DNA from: Eledone cirrhosa
Taxonomy: Eukaryota
Reading direction: 5' to 3'
Assembly: GCA_964016885.1 (NCBI GenBank)
Contig: OZ024743.1
Span: forward strand, 195,238,001 to 195,302,000
DNA: 64,000 nt
Shown here: in pieces, positions 14,111 to 28,557 of the stretch
Layout: each line of letters opens with the position of its first letter
Position numbering within the stretch: the stretch's first letter is position 1
Made by a program: the position numbers and the translations under genes
The notes under the pieces: model-generated
Told to the model about the DNA's origin: nothing
What the model saw: the letters and a program-made list of their open reading frames with translations, nothing else
Database searches by the model: none

Positions 14111-17048
14111 TTATACTTCTCTTAGGTCAGTGTTGTTTTTTTGGGTGTTGTTGTTATTCCATTCATTCTTTCTGTTTAGTCTTGGTCTTCTAGGTTCTAT
14201 TTCACTGGCCTCTCTGATTTGCCTATCTGCTGGGTCATTTCTATGTTTAGATATTATTCTAATTTCTATGTTGTCTATGTTACCGTCATGTTGTTGTCTG
14301 GCATGTTCGTATAGTACTGACCCGTTTTTTCGTCCTTTTAGTTCCCCCCAGTGTTGTTCTATCCTTTCACCTATGCTACGAGCTGTCTCACCTATGTATG
14401 TTGTTGTCATGTTTCTGCAGGTACCCTCTGTACATCTTATGCTATAGACTACGTTTCTAGTTTTACAGTTTATCCGGGGGTTTACCTTACATATGATACA
14501 TTTCCTATTGGTACAGTAGGTTTTCTTAAAAGGGTAGGTTTTGCTGATCAGGGATTTTATGGTGGTTCCTAGCTTTTCTACCACCTTAATTTTTAAGTGG
14601 GTCTTTCTCAGGACCGTTCTACAATGGTTAGCTAATTTCCCTCCAGGGGTAGCGTCCACAAACATGACACTCTGGTATCTCTGGTTGTCGTACCATGAGG
14701 TGGATTTCCCTATCTTATGTCTAGCCCTATCTAAGCTATTCCATGATTTGCTCCTGTATAATGGGCAAATTCCTTTCATGTCCAGTTCTATGAGGGTCTT
14801 ATACTTCTCCATGGCTCCTTCGTATACTCTGACTCTGTCTCTTTGGTTATAGCCAGAGAACTGCATGCGGTGGATGAAGTGATGGATGTGTCTTTCCGTT
14901 TCTGTTGGGTCGCACATGCGGGACACATTCTTCATCACTCGTACCAAATCTGCGATCAGAATATTAAACTTAGCACTACTGAACATTGCTGAGCTTTTGA
15001 GTATCAGGTATTTGGAAGCCATGGGTTTAGCATAGTGTGCGTAGAGAATGTGGGCTCTCTCGTCTATAGTGTTAATCCAGAGTTCTGTGTCTAATACAGG
15101 TAGTCTATTGTTAGGGTGTTTGGATGGGAAGTCGATAGTTACAGTTATAATCTGGTGCATGGAATTAGCTATCTGCTGGGTGCTTTCCATTGTGCTACGT
15201 TCTAAATCAAACTTGTTAGTGCTCTCTAGTGGGGATGTTCTTATAACTATATTGATATCGTCTACATAACGAGAGTACATGATGAGGTCTATGGAGCTCT
15301 CATTAAGGAGATCTTTAAGTTTTCTTTCCCACCATACCATGAAAAGTCTGGCAACATCACCAGCTATGCTGACGCCAATGGCTGCTCCTTCATATTGGGT
15401 GTAGATCTTCTGGTTGAACTTAAAAATGTGGCCCTTGAGGATAGTTTTGATACTAGCCCCTATTGCATGTGCGACCATTTTTCTTACCTGATTATTGTTT
15501 TTTTGGGTCCGTATAGGTTTGGTCCACCCAATCAACCTTCCCATGGGAGTCTTTTTTGCCATTGAGGTTATGGGGGGGGGGGGGCTAATTCTTATGGGTC
15601 TACTAGGGCAGAAACGTCTAAGGTCATGGCTGTCTAGGTAGTCAGTGTCGTAGGTAAGTCTAAGTAGGAGGTCGACGTCGCAGAACTCCACCTCACTCTC
15701 AATGATCATCACACATTTTTTCACAGCAAAATCAATGTTAATGGATGGGTAGTGACACCACATCCATGCTGCCTATTATGCAGTCGGATAGGTTCCTGTT
15801 TTTGTTGCACTCACTGATTCTGCTGAGGAGGTCCTCTGTACTGTCACATACATCCGGGGACATCTTGATTATGGGGCGTATAACCATTGAGAGGAAGTAG
15901 GAGATCCTGTAGTTACTAGCTATATTAGCTCCGCATACGGGTCTTGTTGGTGGTACTGTTGTCGGGTCGTCGACTGTCTTGTGGTCTTTGCGGAGCCCAA
16001 GCAAGTGTGGTATGCCATTGTTAGACGCCTGGAAGTTGTTGGCAGTGCGTCTGCTTGGCTTTAGGATGTCAGTCCACATCATCATGTGAGCGTTGAGGAT
16101 TTTCTCTCTCCCATCGTGTGTTTGTTGTGCAATTTCGCTCGTGTTGGTGATGTGGGGTTGCATAGCCTTGATGTAGTTCGGCATGCTATCTATTGACATC
16201 CTACCAGACTTATCCATGGGTAGACATACTACCTTACCATCTCTTGTGCGCTGCTTGAGGCTAACCAAGCCTTCTACAGGTTTCCTCCCAAGTTGTTGGG
16301 CCCCTGGTCTGCTCTGTCACTCAGTATACCTGTCTACTATTTGTCTAATCTTATTTCTAGCTATGGTGAACTGTGCCTCTGTCTCGTCATCTATCTGTTG
16401 TGGTATGCAAACTCTTTTATTAAAGGGTAACCTCGTAGGATAGATATTACCCATCTTATATGTTTTGTCAGCTGGGTTGAAAAATAGTTTCTCTAAAGGG
16501 TTGTCATTATATCTATCGTCATAGTTGTGTGTGTTGCTATTGTTGTTATCATGGTGGTTGTTTCTATCATTAGCATTATTATTATTGTTATGATTGCTAG
16601 ATGTATTGTTGTTTACTTCACCGTTATTGTTGTTGTTACTGTTATTTCTACCATTGTGGTTGTTACTATTATTATGTTTCTTGTTTTTGTTGTGTCTATC
16701 ATTAATGTTGCTACATGTATTATTTCCATTATTACCACTGTGGTCATTGTTGTTGTTGTTCGTATTGTTACCGTTATTACTACTGTGGTCGCTGCTGCTG
16801 TGTCTGTGGTTAATGTTTCTATTATTATTATTATTGTGGTTGTTGTTGTTCTGTCTATCGTTAGTATTATTACCATTAATACTATTTCTCAATTTCCTGC
16901 TATTGTTATTGTTATGGCTGTTATGTCTATACTCAGAGTTATTGTTTATATTAATACTACCGTTATTATTGTTGTTGCTACTGTTGTTTACCTTTGCATT
17001 CCAACGTATTTTTGTGAAACACTTTTCCAGCTCCGTTTTGCACTCCAT
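14111..17048 (-). pseudogene. PLE RT/GIY-YIG polyprotein, disrupted
   Basis: TGA at 16317-16319, 2-bp deletion near 15750 and 15-bp deletion (TEELG) relative to copy B. Confidence 0.85.
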
Positions 17049-17185
17049 AGGGTTAATCTTTTTGTAGATGGCAAATGTTGGTGGTAGCTGCAGGATTTGT
17101 GTTCTTGTTCACTGATTGAGGAAACCTGTAGGAGGCTTGGTTAGCTAATATAGCTAGTAACTACAGGATCTCCTACTTCCTCTCA

Positions 17186-18968
17186 ATGGTTATACGCCCC
17201 TTAATCAAGATGTCCCCGGATGTATGTGACAGTACAGAGGACCTCCTCAGCAGAATCAGTGAGTGCAACAAAAACAGGAACCTATCCAACTGCATAATAG
17301 GCAGCATGGATGTGGTGTCACTGTACCCATCCATTAACATTGATTTTGCTGTGAAAAAATGTGTGGAGATGATCACTGAGAGTGAGGTGGAGTTCTGCGA
17401 CGTCGACACAGAGGAACTGGGCCTCCTACTTAGACTTAACTACGACACTGACTACCTAGACAGCCATGACCTTAGACGTTTCTGCCCTTGTAGACCCATA
17501 AGAGGTAGACCTCCCCACCATAACCTCAATGGCAAAAAAAACTCCCATAGGAAGGTGGATTGGGTGGACCAAAGCTATACGGACCCCCCAAAACAATAAT
17601 CAGGTAAGAAAAATGGTCGCACATGCAATAGGGGCTAGTATCAAAACTACCCTCAAGGGCCACATTTTTAAGTTCAACGAGAAGATCTACACCCAATATG
17701 AAGGAGCAGCCATTGGCGTCAGCATAGCTGGTGATGTTGCCAAACTGTTCATGGTATTGTGGGAAAGGAGACTTAAAGATCTCCTTAATGAGAGCTCCAT
17801 AGACCTCATCATGTACTCTCGTTATGTAGACGATATCAATATAGTTATAAGAACATCCCCACTAGAGAACACTAACAAGTTTGATTTAGAACGTAGCACG
17901 ATGGAAAGCATCCAGCAGATAGCTAATTCCATACACCAGAGTATAACTGTAACTATCGACTTCCCTTCCAAACACCCTAACAATAGACTACCTGTATCAG
18001 ACACAGAACTCTGGATTAACACTATAGACGAGAGAGCCCAAATTCTCCACTCACACTATGCTAAACCCATGGCCTCCAAATACCTGATACTCAAAAACTC
18101 AGCAATGTCCAGTAGTGCTGAGTTTAATATTCTGATCGCAGATTTGGTACTAGTGATGAAGAATGTGTCTCGCATGTGCGACCCAACAGAAATGGAAAGA
18201 CACATCCAACACTTCATCAACCGCATGTAGTTCTCTGGCTACAACCAAAGAGACAGAGTCAGAGTATACGAAGGAGCCATGGAGAAGTATAAGACCCTCA
18301 TAGAACTGGACATGAAAGGAATTTGCCCATTATACAGGAGCAAATCATGGAATAGCTTAGATGGGGCTAGACATAAGATAGGGAAAGCCACCTCATGGTA
18401 CGACAACCACAGATACCAGAGTGTCATGTTTGTGGACGCTACCCCTGGAGGGAAATTAGCTAACCAGTGTAGAACGGTCCTGAGAAAGAACCACTTAAAA
18501 ATTAAGGTGGTAGAAAAGCCAGGAACCACCATAAAATCCCTGATCAGCAAAACCTACCCTTTTAAGAAAACCCACTGTACCAATAGGAAATGCATCATAT
18601 GTAAGGTAAACCCCCGGATAAACTGTAAAACTAGAAACATATTCTATAGCATAAGATGTACAGAGGGTACCTGCAGAAACATGACAACAACATACATAGG
18701 TGAGACAGCTCGTAGCATAGGTGAAAGGATAGACCAACACTGGGGGGAACTAAAAGGACGAAAAAACGGGTCAGTACTATACGAACATACCAGACAACAA
18801 CATGACGGTAACATAGACAACATAGAAATTAGAATAATATCTAAACATAAAAATGACCCAGCAGATAGGCAAATCAGAGAGGCCAGTGAAATAGAACTTA
18901 GAAGACCAAGACTAAACAGAAAGAATGAATGGAATAACAACAACACCCAAAAAACAACACTGACCTAA
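17186..18968 (+). pseudogene. PLE RT/GIY-YIG, disrupted
   Basis: Frameshift in the C-run near 17510 and CAG>TAG at 18228-18230 relative to copy A. Confidence 0.85.
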
Positions 18969-19238
18969 GAGAAGTATAAATAAGTAAATAAAATAAAATA
19001 AAATAAATAAATAAATAAATACATACACAAGCACAATAACAACAAACACATAAACACACATTAGTCACCCAATCACGAACACACATCACACATCAAACAA
19101 AACACTATACACACACGCAAACGCATGCGCAAAGAAGACAAAATAAAATAAACAAACAAGCAAATAAATAAATAAATATATAGACAGGCTGAATAAAAAT
19201 GGCGTAGCCGTACAATTCAACAGGAGGAAACAATAGCA

Positions 19239-19278
19239 CCACTGACGATGTTGCAGATGTGCAACGAAAGATTTATGA
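19239..19278 (+). ncRNA. Minimal HHR in PLE copy B 3' region
   Basis: CTGACGA 19242-19248, 6-bp stem II, GAAA 19266-19269, AGATTT stem III. Confidence 0.6.
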
Positions 19279-19526
19279 TAAACTATATATATGTGTTTGT
19301 GTCTATATTGTATCTGTATTATTTTTGACCGTCGGTCAGTCAATGGCAACATAGAGGACCGTGTATATTAGATTACCGATATAAAAGACACAGAAGCGAA
19401 AAGCGAAAACCAACCAAACAGTGAGTGTGTTCTGTTATTAATTCTGGCAATATTACACAAATATGACCCTCCCCAAGTATAACAATATTTGTTTCGACAC
19501 ATGATTTCATATAAAACCTCGCAAAA

Positions 19527-19628
<102 letters not shown>

Positions 19629-19741
19629 GAGAAGAAACTAAAATACCGACCGCGACGCCTGGTAGAATCTTCATCTATACAAACTCTGCCTCTTCACAAG
19701 CATAGTGTACTCCGTAACACCCGTCTCGGCGCCACAGATGT

Positions 19742-19791
<50 letters not shown>

Positions 19792-20482
19792 ATGTATGTG
19801 TGTTTTACTATATCTTTCTTATTCACTTGGATATACAACGTTATATTTGTTTTTAGTTACTTTATATTGCAATGTTTCTATGTAAATTATATTTTTTTAT
19901 AATGTGTACCATTTTATCTCACGCTAAATTTAATCTACGATTCATCTTGAATAGATTTACAGGCCCAGTGATATAATTCTTGTACATATATGTCTACAAT
20001 GTACCGCGAAAACGTACAGAAATTTGGATAGAAAAGAAGCATTAAATAACTTGGATAGTTGATGTTTTTCCATCTATCTTTTAGCTTGAGACGAATGATA
20101 GTTCTATTTCTAACTTATATCACAGCTGACTCGCTTTGCAGTTTGGAAGATAATATAAAGAGAATTAGCATAACTCAATGTTAGAAGTGTAGAACGCGAT
20201 TGCATTTAATGGACATATTATGTTTACTAAATGTTATTTTTGTTTATTTCGCGTTACTGCCAGAAGGTGACAGAATTCTATATAAAAGAAAGAAGTACAT
20301 AACCTTATTGCATTTATAATTTTTTTTAAATGAGCTTTATCAATGTAAGTACATGACAGATATCTGTACAATATGAATATTAGTACATCTTTCCATAATA
20401 TATTAGGTATCATATCCTCTGCTTATATATTGAAGATTTACTTCCATCTTTTTTAAATGTACTATCAGAAAAATGTACATCC

Positions 20483-21190
20483 AGTGTAGTGTGTATATTG
20501 ATATTATACGCAAGTATATATACATGTAGATATGATGCATCAAATAAAATTGTAATTGACAATATAAACAGAAATTGAACGAAGACGTTGTTACACTGTC
20601 TTATGTAATCAGTAACGTAATCCATGATACATTAAAAAAAGACGATATTATATATAAACTGCATTAGGAGAAAATTAGTGACAGAATATTAGTATGTTTA
20701 TTTAAGTGATCGCCACGGGAAGTGTTGACATCACACACACTCTCTTCCTATATACATGATAGTTGAAGTAGTGGCGGTGGCAACGATATACCGGAAGTGC
20801 AACTTTGAAAAGTAAATTTTAAATTATTTATTTTTACGAAATTATATTTATTTACGAAATTTAGTAGATAAATTATGTAATATTCATTCATTATTTATTC
20901 AAAGTAAGGGCGGTGGATTGGCAGTATCAGTAGAGGGTCGGACACCATGCTTTCCAGCATAGTTACGTCCCTTTACGATCTGAGTTCAAATCCCGCCGAG
21001 GTTGACTTTGCCTTTCATCCTTACGGGGTCGATAAAATAAAGTACCAGTAATACACTGGTTAATTGCTGGCCTTGTGCCTAAAATAGAAACAATTATTTA
21101 TTCAAAGTAATCCAACTTATTTTACTAACGGGATAAAAAAAAACAACCCTACGCAGTCCCGCAGACCTTCCTTTATTACAGTTTAGATTA
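20483..21190. repeat. Dispersed repeat (paralog 50820-51250) carrying a SINE insertion
   Basis: TGTAGTGTGTATATTGATATTATACGCAAG...GTGTTGACAT and GTAGATAAATTATGTAATATTC...CCAACTTATTTTACTAA shared. Confidence 0.85.
20909..21095 (+). mobile_element. tRNA-derived SINE, full length, with TSD
   Basis: GGCGGTGGATTGGCAG head, GAGTTCAAATCC B box; TSD ATTATTTATTCAAAGTAA (20890-20907, 21093-21110). Confidence 0.92.
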
Positions 21191-21439
21191 CTTAAATATG
21201 TGTTCATGTTTATTGCAACGCCTACAAGTTAACTTGTTATTATTTTATTTCCTTGTTTTAGGATATTGAAAAGGCTATAGTTGAGATAGTGAGGAAAATA
21301 TGTTGAGAATTACGGACAGCACCCGAGCAAATCTATCTCTGAAATATATACGATTAACACCAGATAAAGAAAACATTGTTACCATATAGTTTGCAATTTT
21401 CTTCTCGTCAACTATATCGTGATAATGGTGTATATGTGA

Positions 21440-22140
21440 AGCTTTTGTATTGTACGGTGGTTGTCAAAAGATAATTGTCCGTTTTGTCGAATTGTTTGAT
21501 GCAATAATTTCTTTTTTTTTAAACTACTTCACTATCCATTTCTCTGAATACTTCAAAATGTAATACATTTTTTGCTTAGCGATATATTCGCCAAACTAAA
21601 TGATCTCAATGCATTATTGCAAAGGAAGCAAAACACACTCGTCGACTATATATCGTCAATCATAACCTTTATATCTAAATTTACTTCATGGATGAATATT
21701 TCAACACGCCAGCTCCCCCAATTTCAAAGATTGAATTGCTTGAAAGATGAATTGATTTATGAGGATGTCATTACATATCGCGATTAGTTGCAATCCTAGC
21801 ATGCTGACATGGTACAGTGATTCCAGGATATTATCGCATTGCTTTTTCCTGTTTGGTATAACAATCCGTTTGAAGTCCAAGTAATCGATTGTGAAGATAA
21901 TATGCAGAAGAATTGATAGATTTACCAAATGACAATGATAATTTAATGCGGTAAACATGACTTGTGGTATCATCAAAGTATAGTGACATTTTATCATAAT
22001 CTATGGAAGCCCTTAAAGTTAATTTTGCTTGATTTTCCAACATCAACATCCTATTGGTAGAAGCTGGCTTCAGCAATATTGATATCTTATTATGTGAAAG
22101 TAGAATTATCCATCTATTCTGTTTTAGAGCCACCCGTACA
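21440..22140 (+). pseudogene. hAT (Buster/SPIN/Charlie-like) transposase relic
   Basis: VRWLSK; LSDIFAKLNDLNALLQ..NTLVD..S.I.TFISK; NPF..ELIDL; FPTS...VE.GFS-like C-terminal dimerisation motif; heavily frameshifted. Confidence 0.7.
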
Positions 22141-22547
22141 TTCTGCCAACTCATTTGTGTCTCTTAATCTGATTATTTCTTCATACACTCTTCATTGTAT
22201 ATATAAGGAAACTCCAAGATGTTACATGCGAAGCATGGTTGTTGAAAATAAAACAGCTGAAATGTCTTATAATGGAACTTAAATACAAAATATTTGCATT
22301 TGAATAGAATGAAAAGCAATAGTCGATTTCATCAATGATGCATATGGGTATCAGTTCTGAAAACGTTTGTAACACCTTATATGCTGCAGATCAGCTAATC
22401 ACTGATTAATCATAGCAACTAACCAATCATGACATTTCTAACAACCTATCATGAACTCTATTCTAACCAACTAATAATTTCAGGCAGTTTTTCTGTTGCC
22501 TACTTCTAGCTACATGCTACCCAAGCTATTCTATCATTTTCCTCTTC

Positions 22548-22740
22548 GGCGGATTGGCGGTATCGGTAGAGGGTCGGACCCCATGCTTTGCAGCATAGAG
22601 TTACAGCCCTTTACGGTCTGAGTTCAAATCCTGCCGAGGTTAACTTTGCCTTTCATTCTTACAGGGTCGATAAAATAAAGCACCAGTAATGCACTGGGGT
22701 AATTACTGGCCTTGTGCCAAAAGTAGAATCAATTATTACT
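22548..22740 (+). mobile_element. tRNA-derived SINE
   Basis: Same family consensus. Confidence 0.9.
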
Positions 22741-23518
22741 TTGCAACTGTTTTTCTACGAAACAAAAAATTACAAAATGATGAATATTTGCTGGATGTGC
22801 TCATTTGCATATTGTAAATTCAAAATATGGGCTGGAACTGAAATACTCATTTGTATACAGTCTAAACTTGGTTTTGATTAATTCGAACATTTCCTGCGAT
22901 GATCTATTTTTTTTTTGCTCTCCGCAAGTGAGCACATCTATCAAATGTTCATCACGCAAAATTCTATTCTATTTCCATCCATTACTAATTATTCACTGAT
23001 TAAGGATTAAGCAATCTTAGAACACCGATGTCTGGCATTCTCAAAATGTACATTCAATAATGTTATGTAATCAAATGTAATCATAAAGGAACATTTTTTT
23101 TTTTCCATTACGACAAAATATTTGACTATATATTTATATAAGTTTTCATATATAACTTTATTATTCTTAAACGCTGTGCTAGTTTTACTGCCAATTAAAT
23201 ATAAATATGCATATTTAATAAGAGTCGACATCAGTGTTGCAGCATATGGACAAATGTATTTGCATATTTCAATTGTTTCGATATCGATCAGCTCAGTGTA
23301 CATTCAAAGTGATGGGGCCCGTCCTCGGGTATATGAACTTATATGTGCAATGTTACATCTAAACTGGAATACAACCCAAACGGAACGGACTTCGCAATAG
23401 AATTGAGAGATTCGAACGGCACGCCGCCTGCATCTGTTATTACACATCTAACTATCTAACATCTCTATATCTCTATATCTCTACCTATCTATCTATCTAT
23501 CTATCTTTCTATCCATAT

Positions 23519-23675
<157 letters not shown>

Positions 23676-23983
23676 CATATATATATAATCACATGCACTA
23701 GCGAGCAATTGAGTCAAGTGAAATATTTCCTTCTATGTGCGATAACGTTTATTTAATTTCATTGCAAAGAATATACTACAGTAATTAGATGTAAATTTTT
23801 CTAACGTCTAATATAGGTTTGAGCGGAGTTTATGTGTTTAGATTTTATAATTACGTATGGAAGAAAATTCAAATAACGAAACATAAGGAAAGGTGATTAT
23901 GTTCAGACGCATAAACACGCATACACACAGCAACGCAAACACACACACACACGCACGCATATACATACACACACACACACATG

Positions 23984-24097
<114 letters not shown>

Positions 24098-25180
24098 TAC
24101 ATATTGATGATAAAATATCAAACCCAATTTGCTTATTTACCAATAATTCCTATTAAAAATTCATAGTGAAATATATTTCATCTTTACTAAATCACGTTAA
24201 ACTTTGATAATTATTCGTGGAATTTTTTTCGCAATAGCTGCATGAATATATCATATATTATATTATATGCAATAGTTAGAAATTAGAATAGAGAAAATTA
24301 TTACCTTTCCTGAAGACAATGTTTCTAAACGAAATTGCAAATATCACACAGAACAACTAATGCGATTCGAATTATGATTGCTCGAAACAATTTCTCATAT
24401 GGATATATGATATAATACAAACATTATTATATCCGTCTTTGCTGAAACAGAATCTAATTTTATTGGAAACAAAATATGTAATTTGAACAAGAATATATTT
24501 TATCGTACATTATATGATATTATCTGCCAAAACCAACTCAGTATATATATATTATTATTATCTCCCAACGAGCGGAATATTGAGAGTAAGTTAACACAAT
24601 TTTCACTTTTTATTGTGTTTTTGTTTTGATATGCACTTTTTCCTGCTACTAATTTTGTCTCTCACTCTTTTAAGTTGTGAATTAGACTGGTTATCTACGC
24701 ACGTGACTGACACATTTCAGCTCGCTACTATATTGGTATATAATGGATGATCGCATTTAATGTCCGTTAAAGGTTATTGGCACTACCATTGTTACCATCG
24801 CTTTCCTCTAGCCATGGGGCTTGGAGACATGAACCGAATGCTACCATTCAATTTTATATCAATGTGATATCAATTTCTAATAGCCATCTTTTCACCCCTT
24901 GATAATTTGTGTGTGAGACACGTTGGCTGAGTGCTTCTGACAGGAACTAATAGATTGATTCTTTTTAGCTTCCCGTCCCCACGTAAAATTTATAAATCAG
25001 TGGCTAGTTGAGAGATAGAGTCCTATCGGTTGCCAGTTAATCGCTTTACCTTGTCGGTTGTCACAAACAGTCATGACCGGCGCGGGCCGGTGTTTGGATC
25101 ATGTCGATCGATTGGTTATTGATTAGGCGATAACCGCAGATGAAGCAGCATAAGCCGATTGTGCATTGTTGCATAATATA

Positions 25181-25390
25181 TGCAGACAGATGGTGCAGTG
25201 CACCTTACTGCTGCATTAGTGCTGCATAAACTCGAGTCCGGGAACCTTATAAGCAGCCGATTTACGTGTGTTGTGTTGAGGCAAATAACTATGTGTATAC
25301 TCTGGTAATGTATCTTACATTGCCCATTGAATGCGCTGAGATACCACCAGTACTGGCATTGATAAATATGCTGGGTCCGTCAACCCTTAT
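25181..25390 (+). repeat. Dispersed ~210-bp repeat (paralog 46187-46396)
   Basis: GCAGACAGA..GTGCAC..TACTGCTGCATTA..AAACTCGAGTCCGGGAAC..TGGCATTGATAAATATGCTG shared. Confidence 0.8.
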
Positions 25391-25406
25391 TATATATATA
25401 TATATA

Positions 25407-25578
25407 TAATTGTTTCTACTTTTGGCACAAGGCCAGCAATTATCCCAGTGTATTACTGGTACTTTATTTTATCGACCCCGCAAGGATGAAAGGCAAAGTT
25501 AACCTCGGCGGGATTTGAACTCTGACCACAAAGGGTCGTATCTCTTTGCTGCAAAGCCTGGCGTTTGACCCTCCACCG
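25407..25578 (-). mobile_element. tRNA-derived SINE
   Basis: Same family consensus. Confidence 0.88.
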
Positions 25579-25965
25579 CTGGATTCTCATTCATTGATGT
25601 CCATCTGAGATTATTATTTCTAACTATCTTTTTCTTCTTCTAAATAGTGTAGTCAAGTTAATTACAAAATCTAATACGTTCGATCAGAAGAGCAATACTC
25701 TAGCAGACCTATGAAAGAATGGCTTGCAGCTGTGAATAACTACTTTACTAGCACAAACTAGGTAATATATTGTCCGTCATTTCAAAATAAGAGATAGGTT
25801 CATTTGATGGAAATATTTGGTACATTTTAACACGTTACACGCGGGTCTTCGTACGTACATGTATTCACATTCTGTTTTAACTTTATTGTATTTTTCTATC
25901 TATCTCTCTATCTCGCTACCAAATCGTTCATCTATCTATCTTATCTATCTATATATATATAAATG

Positions 25966-26442
25966 TAAATTTAGCGAGAATCGCATTTCGGCGGGTAGAA
26001 ATTGGCGAAACGCAACTTCTGTATTGTGCAGACAAGCGCGCCATGGATATGAAGATACCAGAGCTATAAACATACTTTTAAATGGTCATACAAACTGAGA
26101 CGATCGTTAAGAAGCCATTAACCACCTTAGCCAAAAAAGCGAACAAGCTAAACGGGTCAAACAAAATAAGATATGATTGAAATAGTTATCCGGACCCTCG
26201 GGGAAGATGGAATACTCCGATATTTGGGTTTCTGCAACACCTAAGTCTGTCTGCTTATAAAAAATAAGCTTTTGGTATAATGATCGAACAAAGCATTTTG
26301 TTCTTCGTGCGCCAGAATCTTACAGGTTATTAAAGTACATGTGAGTTTCTAAGGGGAGGAAACCCATATTTTGGCCAGTGAATTCAGCATGTGTAGTTAT
26401 TGCAAAAAGTTGCAAAAACAGCACAAAACTAATTTAGCTCTC
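25966..26442 (+). repeat. Dispersed ~480-bp repeat (paralog 7165-7687)
   Basis: See 7165-7687. Confidence 0.8.
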
Positions 26443-26480
26443 GACCGAGTTGTTTTTAAAATAAACTTAAGCGATTAATC

Positions 26481-26829
<349 letters not shown>

Positions 26830-27043
26830 TCTATGCTGGAAATATTTGGGTTGAAATTCCTTCTTCAGCTCGGATTATCGGATTATCCTAGGTATTTATC
26901 AACATAAACTATCATATGTATTTAAATTCATTTTGAAATGTTTTAGATTTCGAATATTTATATGAGGAATTTGGAATCGTTTTGAACTTTAACAGACAAC
27001 ATCTTGAATACGATCTCAATTCATCTATAATGGTGATAGATTA

Positions 27044-27152
27044 TCCCGCCAAGGTTAACTTTGCCTTTCATCCTTACGGGGTCGATAAAATAAAGTACCA
27101 GTAATACATTGGGTAGTTGCTGGCCTTGTGCCAAAAGTAGAAACAATTATAT
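27044..27152 (+). mobile_element. 5'-truncated SINE
   Basis: Central domain and tail; flanked by TATAATGG(T/C)GATA. Confidence 0.85.
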
Positions 27153-27998
27153 TGTATAATGGCGATAATGTTTGATACCAAATATTCTAAATAGAAACTA
27201 AAATAGTAGACTATTTGACATTTTCAGGTTATTTTAATAAAATAATGCAAAAATTATTTTACATTTATTGTTGTATTTAGTTGTATTGAATCAAAGAACA
27301 TATTAACATTTTCGTATGTAATAATTATCCGAATGAACTGTCTTAAATATGTAGATTAAAACCGCCATTCTTTATTTGCATCACCCTTGTGCAAAGTGTA
27401 TCTGTTGAAAATATAACATTACAAACGAATTTCTTATATATAAATATAAAAATTCTCATAATCCTATATTAAACAAAGAAATTCTACAAATAAGAAATAT
27501 GATTCTGTATTAACCATACGCTTCAATACAACATTGAATTGTTACCCACTGAAAAGAAGTTTAAAAATCTGTTTTCTGCACAATTATTTTAACTAGATAT
27601 AAAAACAAGAGACATATTTATCGATTTACTCTCTCTAAAACACTAATATCTAGGAATTAGGAGTAGGAAGGTGGTACACATACACAGGCAGATACACATA
27701 CACACATTCGCACACACACATGTATGCATGCAGGCACATATCTGCCTTAATAAACTATGTCGAAAAATAAATGAACTAAGTTTACAGACATCGAATGTAC
27801 GCGTGCCATAGCTTAAGAGAAACGAACAAAATAGCTCACCAGTATTGTGTGAACGTAAACAAATTAGTATGAAGGAAGACACAAGAGACGAAGTTCAAAT
27901 AAGTCAAAAATCTCTACTTCATATTGTTCTAATATCTGAAAGGAAAATATATCTTCATAAAATTAGACACATATATCACCAGAAGAAAGTATATATAA

Positions 27999-28073
<75 letters not shown>

Positions 28074-28115
28074 AACACACAAACATACACACATATATAT
28101 ATATATAAATACAAA

Positions 28116-28155
<40 letters not shown>

Positions 28156-28282
28156 TGTATGCTGTATTCTCTATTGGATTTCACACGAGTCTGTTAACCT
28201 CTTTTATCTTCAGGCTAACACTTGCAGATGAGATATTTTTACTGTCTGTTCCAAAAGATGTATTGCCATTTTATACGAATAC

Positions 28283-28360
<78 letters not shown>

Positions 28361-28383
28361 ACGCGTATGTATGTATGTGTATC

Positions 28384-28415
<32 letters not shown>

Positions 28416-28489
28416 TACATGTACATGTACGTACATACCGTACATACTCATAATCAGAGCCGCCAGCCACATATACATACACACACTTT

Positions 28490-28557
<68 letters not shown>

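Larger units (their letters stand above)
13650..17117 (-). mobile_element. Penelope-like retroelement copy A (RT + Cys-rich linker + C-terminal GIY-YIG; Neptune-like by inference)
   Basis: ORF pieces 17048-16317, 16268-15738, 15763-14111: DKSGR, LRKDHK, PTRPVC, SMDVVSL/YPSI, YTQYEGAAIG, YSRYVDD, VVYSIRC..YIGETARSIGERIEQH; 3' UTR with HHR; ends in a TA run. Confidence 0.93.

Noticed and set aside
16317-16319. In-frame TGA in the PLE ORF as possible selenocysteine (as in Naiad PLEs)
   Set aside because: This element has a C-terminal, not N-terminal, endonuclease. The TGA is not in an evident Cys motif, no SECIS was seen, and an alternative frame gives the expected DQG.NNL-like motif, suggesting local frameshifts
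16527-17087. Hydrophobic poly-V/I/L ORFs resembling membrane proteins
   Set aside because: Antisense of the Asn-rich AAC/AAT tract
20909-21000. SINE heads as tRNA genes
   Set aside because: No full cloverleaf; always followed by SINE body and tail
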